64,000 bases of DNA from a virus (Duplodnaviria; Caudoviricetes), in IMG/VR virus record IMGVR_UViG_3300026085_000093, positions 64,001 to 128,000 of that record; one strand, given 5' to 3'. Made by a program: the position numbers and the translations under genes. Below are positions 58,438 through 64,000 of the stretch, piece after piece (the stretch's first letter is position 1; every line of letters starts with the position of its first letter). The notes beneath the pieces are model-generated. The model worked only from the letters and a program-made list of their open reading frames with translations. It had not been told where the DNA came from and made no database searches.

Positions 58438-60507
58438 TTATGCCCCTGTGTAAATGATATAATTAACTGCTAAGAAAGGAGGCACAGTATCAAACTTGTT
58501 ACCAACGTCTTGTGGTGTACCGTCTATTGTTTCTGTTGTAGTTGTTAAACCATCTACGCCTTCTGTTCCTTGTAAACCTCTTCCTGGATTAGTTCCTAAT
58601 GTATTGACAGCAACACTATTTCCATCGCCTGCACTAGGTAGATTGTTTACAGCATAATATTGATTACCTGCATCTCCCATTAATGTATGCTCGTGTTCTG
58701 GAAGTTGATCTTTTGTAATCCAGTCTCTATTCTTACCACCGTCTGCACCTAAAATATCTGCTGCTGCATCGTCATACACTCTGTCTTCATCTGTTGAAAG
58801 TGTTCTACCTTCACCAGCAAGATATCCCAATGGAAATCTACCTCTTAAATCAGGCACTTTAAATTTAAGTGCGCTGCTAGGTGTACCAAATGTTGTTCCT
58901 ATTATGTCGTATAATTCTTGGTAATCAGTGATTAACACTTCCTGTCCATAACACAATAACCAACCAGTAGGTGCTGTTGCTGCCCCATATGGCATAATCA
59001 TACCTGGTTGAAACTGTGGTATTGTTGCAAGCACACTGTTAACAGTTGTCTTGTATAATCCTAACGGAAGATTGTTATCAGGGTCAGTATCGTTTCTTGC
59101 TTCTTTGTAAATCAACAGCGTTTCTGTGCCGTTTAGTTTATCATTATCAGTATAAACTGTTTTATCTGCAATTAAATCAGGATCAATTTCTACTATCATT
59201 TCAATTGCACCTTGTGTGCCATCAAAACTATAATCAGATAATGTAGAAACATCGCCACTTATACTAAACGTTGTTGCACTGTTAAGTTTTGCTGCTGATC
59301 CACTTACACTACCTGTTAGTGTTCCTGTAACATTACCTACTAAATTTCCTCTAAATGTGTTGCCATAAACATTATTATAAGGCAACACAGCAGTACCTAA
59401 ATTTTTACCTAGTGCTTGAGGAGTGATATCTCCTACTTCTAAATTGCCTTCAATGTTTGCACTGCCGCCTACGTTTAATGATTTACTTATTGCAACGCCG
59501 CCTGGTGTATATAAACTTGCATTTGAATCGCTAATACTCGAACTGTCAACAGTAGATCCAATTGCAATTTTACCACTTAACTTGATGTTACCCGCAACAT
59601 CTAATTTTTCTTCAGCAGCAAGTGTACCAATACCTACATTGCCATCTGATTTAATTCTAATAGCAGTTTGTGTTGTTTGTACTCTTAAATCAATTGCACC
59701 ATCTGATGCTTTATTAACAATTTGTGTATTACTGCCTGTAACATTAAAAGCAAGTGTTTCTGTTTCTCCAATAGATAACCCATTACTATTTGAAATTCTA
59801 ATTGGTTGTGTAAACACATTAGCAGAATTTAATCTTGCAAATTCACTACCTGCATATGATTGTCCATTAACAAGAAGATTTTCTGCTTTTTCTGAAACAC
59901 CGTAATACTTGCCGTTACTAGTAACAGTCATACCTTTTTTTAGTGTTGTAAAACCTGCTAGTGTTGATTTTGGAGTAAATTCTGTTTCAGTATAGATTGT
60001 TATAGGAACACTATTAACATAATTTATTACAACTGGATATTCTATATTATCAGTACCTATTACACTTACAAATTGTGGACCTGTCGCAGAACCTTGTGTA
60101 TAAGTTGGTCCTACTAAAACATAACTACTTCCTGTATAAATGAACAACTGTTGGTTAACAGTATCAACCCAAAGATCTCCTACAGTAGATGCACTGTTGT
60201 CAGGTGCAGAACTGGCTTTTTTAATGCCGCCTGCACTAACCCAACCAGTGCCATCATAAATTTTTAATTGATCTACACCTGCTGTAGTATCATACCATAA
60301 CTGTCCTTCTACAGGATTTGAAGGCGAATCGTTGTTTGCAAAGTTTTCAAGTAGATGCAAGAAGTTTTCATTTAAGGACAAACCATAATCTGATTTGTTC
60401 CGACCAATAAAACTAACACTTGTTTCTGTGTTTATTTCATCGGCATCGACTGTAACACTGCCCTTGTTGCTAAAATCTGTAAATCTTACATCATATTGAT
60501 CACTCAT
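58438..60507 (-). CDS. tail fibre protein with phage tail-collar domain
   Basis: PGMIMPYGAATAPTGWLLCYGQ...L...IGTTFG...PDLRGRF tail-collar signature; ends PPFLAVNYIIYTG. Confidence 0.85.
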   Translation of the reverse strand: MSDQYDVRFTDFSNKGSVTVDADEINTETSVSFIGRNKSDYGLSLNENFLHLLENFANNDSPSNPVEGQLWYDTTAGVDQLKIYDGTGWVSAGGIKKASSAPDNSASTVGDLWVDTVNQQLFIYTGSSYVLVGPTYTQGSATGPQFVSVIGTDNIEYPVVINYVNSVPITIYTETEFTPKSTLAGFTTLKKGMTVTSNGKYYGVSEKAENLLVNGQSYAGSEFARLNSANVFTQPIRISNSNGLSIGETETLAFNVTGSNTQIVNKASDGAIDLRVQTTQTAIRIKSDGNVGIGTLAAEEKLDVAGNIKLSGKIAIGSTVDSSSISDSNASLYTPGGVAISKSLNVGGSANIEGNLEVGDITPQALGKNLGTAVLPYNNVYGNTFRGNLVGNVTGTLTGSVSGSAAKLNSATTFSISGDVSTLSDYSFDGTQGAIEMIVEIDPDLIADKTVYTDNDKLNGTETLLIYKEARNDTDPDNNLPLGLYKTTVNSVLATIPQFQPGMIMPYGAATAPTGWLLCYGQEVLITDYQELYDIIGTTFGTPSSALKFKVPDLRGRFPLGYLAGEGRTLSTDEDRVYDDAAADILGADGGKNRDWITKDQLPEHEHTLMGDAGNQYYAVNNLPSAGDGNSVAVNTLGTNPGRGLQGTEGVDGLTTTTETIDGTPQDVGNKFDTVPPFLAVNYIIYTGA

Positions 60508-60508
60508 G

Positions 60509-61120
60509 TTACACCTCGTTGAATCCGCTTAGACTTTGTACCCTTACAGTATAATCAATTTGAATTAGTCTATTCAAAGATTTTTGTACAGGATGGAAAA
60601 TTACGTGTGTGATTAAACGACCTGTACCCGAACTTGCATAACTACGCAAGCCTAGTTCGTCAAACACATATAGTTGTTCTGTATCGTTAGCAGTATCAAA
60701 AGCATCTTGTCCTTCTGGTTCACCGTAATCTAATAAACAACTTACTAAAATATCAGTATAGTTAGTTCCACTTACATGTCTAATTTCTGTTTTATTTCTA
60801 CTAGCATCAGTGTTATTTACATTTTGATCATCTACAACTTTAGTATAGGTTTGGTTGTAAAGACTTGCATTTGTTCCTGTTGTGTTAGGAGTCAGATATG
60901 TAATAATCCCTGTCGGATCAACACTTGTGCCGCCATTGCCAAATACCATTTCATTAATAAAACCTTGACCCGCATTAGACAAACTTTCTGCTAATGCAAT
61001 ACTCATATTTTCGTAATGAATAGCATTACGTTGGTTTATAAAAACTTCATCAGTTTTAGGGTCAAAAATCTTAATATGACCTTCTACATGTATGCCGTTT
61101 AATTCATTTATTTCATTCAT
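60509..61120 (-). CDS. putative virion structural protein
   Basis: Within the structural block (GHIKIFDP, FGNGGT, LDYGEP, FDELGL, HVIFHPVQKSLNR); ATG 61120 has an AGGTG SD (track start 61129). Confidence 0.65.
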   Translation of the reverse strand: MNEINELNGIHVEGHIKIFDPKTDEVFINQRNAIHYENMSIALAESLSNAGQGFINEMVFGNGGTSVDPTGIITYLTPNTTGTNASLYNQTYTKVVDDQNVNNTDASRNKTEIRHVSGTNYTDILVSCLLDYGEPEGQDAFDTANDTEQLYVFDELGLRSYASSGTGRLITHVIFHPVQKSLNRLIQIDYTVRVQSLSGFNEV

Positions 61121-61133
61121 TATAATCACCTAT

Positions 61134-61143
61134 ACTGTATTTA
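61134..61143 (-). promoter_or_regulatory. putative late promoter TAAATACAGT
   Basis: Overlaps the stop of the large structural gene, just upstream of 61120. Confidence 0.5.
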
Positions 61144-64000
61144 TTTAGGCAAACGGATTGTCGCTGCTCTAATAAATTTTGCAATTTTATTATCGCTATT
61201 TGCCAACGATTTACCTGTATCGTTCCATATTTTTCCTGTTTTTCTAACGATTTTAATTTTTTGTCCTTCAAAATCTGATGGTGGAATAATATCATTTGTT
61301 AAAGGATTTCTTGGTTCAATATATATATTTGAACCACTGACTCTATACTCTGCATCAAGAGTATAGTCTGCTTCTGTACTATCTTGATTAGTTTGCCAGT
61401 TAAACATTTGCATACTTGTTTTACGCAAACGCTTGCCACCTAAAAATACATCAATTTCATTTGCTGATGACGGTGTAAAATCTAGTGTATATTCTGTTGC
61501 ACTAGAACTACCGTCTGCAATAATTTCTTGTTCGTATGTTGTATCTGAATACTCAATAGTTTCATTAGGACCTTGTCCTAATACTCTGGTACCTGCTGCA
61601 CAATAATTAATTACACCGGTACCTAATGTGCCTCTGCGTAATTGTAACAATGTAGAACCTTTGATATCATAATATTCGATACGTTCGCCATCGATCCATA
61701 CTACTCCAGGTAGTCCTGATCCTTTAGATGGTCTATATAAATTATCTGCACCACCTTCAAGCACAATACGTGTATCATAGTAGTTTAGCGGATCTTTAAG
61801 CGAGAACGCATTTTCTTCATTTAACCTCTTGTAATGTGTTCTGCCTAAAATATCTCTAAATATTCTAAATCCAAATCTAGGTGTTGCTGGATCATTACCA
61901 AATTCTAATACATCAATTCTGTCGCCATCTTCAACAGGTAAATTTAAACTAACTGCATTGTATTTTGCATTTAAAGTATAATCTACATTTGGACTTAGTA
62001 GTTCGCCATTTTTTGCAACCCAAACATATTGTACGTTTTGAATGTTGCTTCTTAGATTTACAAAACCTTGTGATAGCAAGTTGCGTTTATAATAAGCATC
62101 TGTACCTGCACTTACAGTTGTTGTTGCTAACACATCGTATTGCTGTCTTTCAAAATTATTAATATCATGATTGCTAAATTGGTAAACTTCAATGTTAGCA
62201 CCGCTGCTAGGAGCAACGGTAAATGTCATCGAGTCACTTTTAACATATTCAATATCACTCATTTGTAAAGGTGTACTATCACCGTCGTTAATGCTAATAA
62301 CAAAATCATTACCTGCAACCCAACTTGCAAATATATCATCACGTTTGCTTCTAATTGTAACGGTATTATCCTCTACTGCAACAACTATGCTTGTGTAAGT
62401 TGTACTATCCCCAATGGAATCAATAACAATTTCATTACCTACTTCTATATATGTTTCCAATGCAGGTGCAGTACTATCATCTAGTACACATGTAAGTTTT
62501 GTATCAACAAAATAGTAATCTGCATACTGAATAACATAGATACCAATAGTATCACCTTCTTCAAAGATATCTCTTCTACTTAAGAACACTCTAGCATTTA
62601 CTGTATCATAAGTAAATTCATTTTTTGTAAGCTGTCTGTCGTTGACAAACACTAAAATGTTTTCACTTTCAATTAGTGTAGGATCTGTAAACTGCCAAGA
62701 TTCTAATTCATAAGTTAATGTATTTGTTGCAGTGTGTTTAATACTATACCCTGGTTGTAACAATCTTTTGTTTTGGAATACTAAGATTTGATGTCCTAAT
62801 GGCCTTCTATTGAAAGGAATAGGAAACTCAGTTGTTGTAAACTGATAATAATCGTTTTGTCCATCTGGTTCAAATGTGTTATCAATTAACACTTGACTAT
62901 ATGTTTTTAGATTACTTGCATAAACGCTCCATTGAATATAATCATCTGGTTGCATTGTTCCATCTTCAAATGTAAGTTTTACTCTATTTTCAAATACATC
63001 TGACGAAGTGCTACGTTCTACAGTAAAGTTTACGCCTTGCTGTTGAACAACGCCATTAATTGTTACAAATGCTGTTAATGCATCTGACCATTTTGCTGCT
63101 GTAATATATGAATATGTACTACCGTCAAATTTTACATAGTCAGTATCGAGCATTTCTGCACCATTTGTACCAATGGTTGTAATATTTAAATGCGTTCCGT
63201 AAGGTACTGTGCTATCAGTAAATGTAAGCGTTTGTGTATCCCAGTCAACTTCATATCTATCATTATCGATAGTTTCATTATCTAGTTTTACAATAATAGC
63301 ATCATTGCTATGTGGAACACTAGGCAACACATAAACTGAAGTTGAGTCATCAATAATATAATTTATTGAACCGATCATTCCTGTACCATCTGTTGTTCTA
63401 TGATAAACTGAAATGTCTAGTGTATCTAGTAATTGTCCTGGTACAAGTTCTTCAGGTCCTTTTGAAGTTGTTGGGGTTACAAATCCATCACCATCTACAA
63501 CAATATCGCTAGGATTTAAACCTAATGCATCTCCATAGTCAATATCGCCACCTGATAAATCAACATCATATGTGCTTCCTGCAAGTTCAAAACTTCCATC
63601 ACTTGTTGATTTTCTAATTATAACTGTGTCACCTGCAACAAGGAAATCTCTGTCTTCTACAGTTTTCCATCTTGTCCAATCGATATTTACAGTATCAGTA
63701 ACACCATCACCCGATAATGGCAACATTAGTGCATATTTGTTATCTAATACTGTTATTCCATCATAGTCAGGATCGTCTAGTCTTATTGGACTATCATTTA
63801 ATTTTGCATTTACCGACTTCCAATATACGTTGTATTGCACACCGTCTTCTAACGGAGTGCTTAGTGTAAATGTTGTTGTACTACCATCTAAAACAAAAAT
63901 TTCATCATCTGTTGTATTTGCAATGGTATCAAATCTGTATTCTGCAAAGCCGCCGATATCAAACCCTTGTTCAGTACCAAAACTAATACCATCATATACA
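61141..64000 (-). CDS. large baseplate/structural protein, 5' end outside window
   Basis: The frame stays open from the track's GTG (63840) to the window edge (VYDGISFGTEQGFD...). Beta-rich modules, V.KNG.LL, WIDGERIEY, LRRGTLGT. Confidence 0.7.
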   Translation of the reverse strand, partial: VYDGISFGTEQGFDIGGFAEYRFDTIANTTDDEIFVLDGSTTTFTLSTPLEDGVQYNVYWKSVNAKLNDSPIRLDDPDYDGITVLDNKYALMLPLSGDGVTDTVNIDWTRWKTVEDRDFLVAGDTVIIRKSTSDGSFELAGSTYDVDLSGGDIDYGDALGLNPSDIVVDGDGFVTPTTSKGPEELVPGQLLDTLDISVYHRTTDGTGMIGSINYIIDDSTSVYVLPSVPHSNDAIIVKLDNETIDNDRYEVDWDTQTLTFTDSTVPYGTHLNITTIGTNGAEMLDTDYVKFDGSTYSYITAAKWSDALTAFVTINGVVQQQGVNFTVERSTSSDVFENRVKLTFEDGTMQPDDYIQWSVYASNLKTYSQVLIDNTFEPDGQNDYYQFTTTEFPIPFNRRPLGHQILVFQNKRLLQPGYSIKHTATNTLTYELESWQFTDPTLIESENILVFVNDRQLTKNEFTYDTVNARVFLSRRDIFEEGDTIGIYVIQYADYYFVDTKLTCVLDDSTAPALETYIEVGNEIVIDSIGDSTTYTSIVVAVEDNTVTIRSKRDDIFASWVAGNDFVISINDGDSTPLQMSDIEYVKSDSMTFTVAPSSGANIEVYQFSNHDINNFERQQYDVLATTTVSAGTDAYYKRNLLSQGFVNLRSNIQNVQYVWVAKNGELLSPNVDYTLNAKYNAVSLNLPVEDGDRIDVLEFGNDPATPRFGFRIFRDILGRTHYKRLNEENAFSLKDPLNYYDTRIVLEGGADNLYRPSKGSGLPGVVWIDGERIEYYDIKGSTLLQLRRGTLGTGVINYCAAGTRVLGQGPNETIEYSDTTYEQEIIADGSSSATEYTLDFTPSSANEIDVFLGGKRLRKTSMQMFNWQTNQDSTEADYTLDAEYRVSGSNIYIEPRNPLTNDIIPPSDFEGQKIKIVRKTGKIWNDTGKSLANSDNKIAKFIRAATIRLPK

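Noticed and set aside
52875-60507. Diversity-generating retroelement or invertase acting on the fibre genes
   Set aside because: No reverse transcriptase, recombinase, template/variable repeat pair or inverted repeats were seen in the window.
454-63766. Many 60-184 aa opposite-strand or alternate-frame ORFs in the track (e.g. 3182-3688, 30474-31028, 59423-59905)
   Set aside because: They lie wholly inside well-supported genes, show no motifs and read like reverse-complement shadows.
63838-63840. GTG start proposed by the ORF track
   Set aside because: The frame is open to the window edge, so the gene starts outside the window.
1-64000. Giant eukaryotic virus (NCLDV) origin
   Set aside because: AGGAG/GGAG Shine-Dalgarno motifs, ATGA coupling and a tail-collar domain indicate a prokaryotic tailed virus.
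1-64000. Stop-codon recoding
   Set aside because: Standard-code ORFs tile the window almost fully with intact domains; TAA, TGA and TAG all end genes at sensible points.

Overview
AT-rich, very gene-dense segment that looks like part of a large tailed (probably T4-like) phage genome. The right end (52875-64000, minus strand) encodes virion structural proteins: a truncated large baseplate-like protein, three paralogous fibre proteins (one with a tail-collar domain, one with a C-terminal Peptidase_G2-like chaperone domain) and two further paralogous structural proteins. Immediately downstream on the same strand, with almost no intergenic space, lies a ~51 kb array (1941-52835) of modification enzymes: 15 radical SAM proteins (9 with an N-terminal twitch-type Cys domain, 2 cobalamin-binding, 1 split into two genes), 8 2OG-Fe(II)/cupin-like oxygenases, 2 amidinotransferases, 2 PLP enzymes, 3 methyltransferases, about 7 glycosyltransferase-like proteins, UDP-glucose dehydrogenase, a GDP-mannose 3',5'-epimerase-like enzyme, 3 SGNH-like proteins, a QueC-like PP-loop protein, a GNAT-like protein, a peroxiredoxin homolog lacking its catalytic Cys, and a TctA/TctC tricarboxylate-transporter pair. 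A plus-strand hydrolase and ATP-grasp pair converges on the array at the left end. My main hypothesis (inference) is a phage-encoded, late-expressed system that builds a heavily tailored glycan or small-molecule decoration, most plausibly for the virion. All family assignments come from motif recognition by eye. No database search was run, and novelty cannot be confirmed from sequence alone. I saw no tRNA, rRNA, CRISPR array or mobile element.
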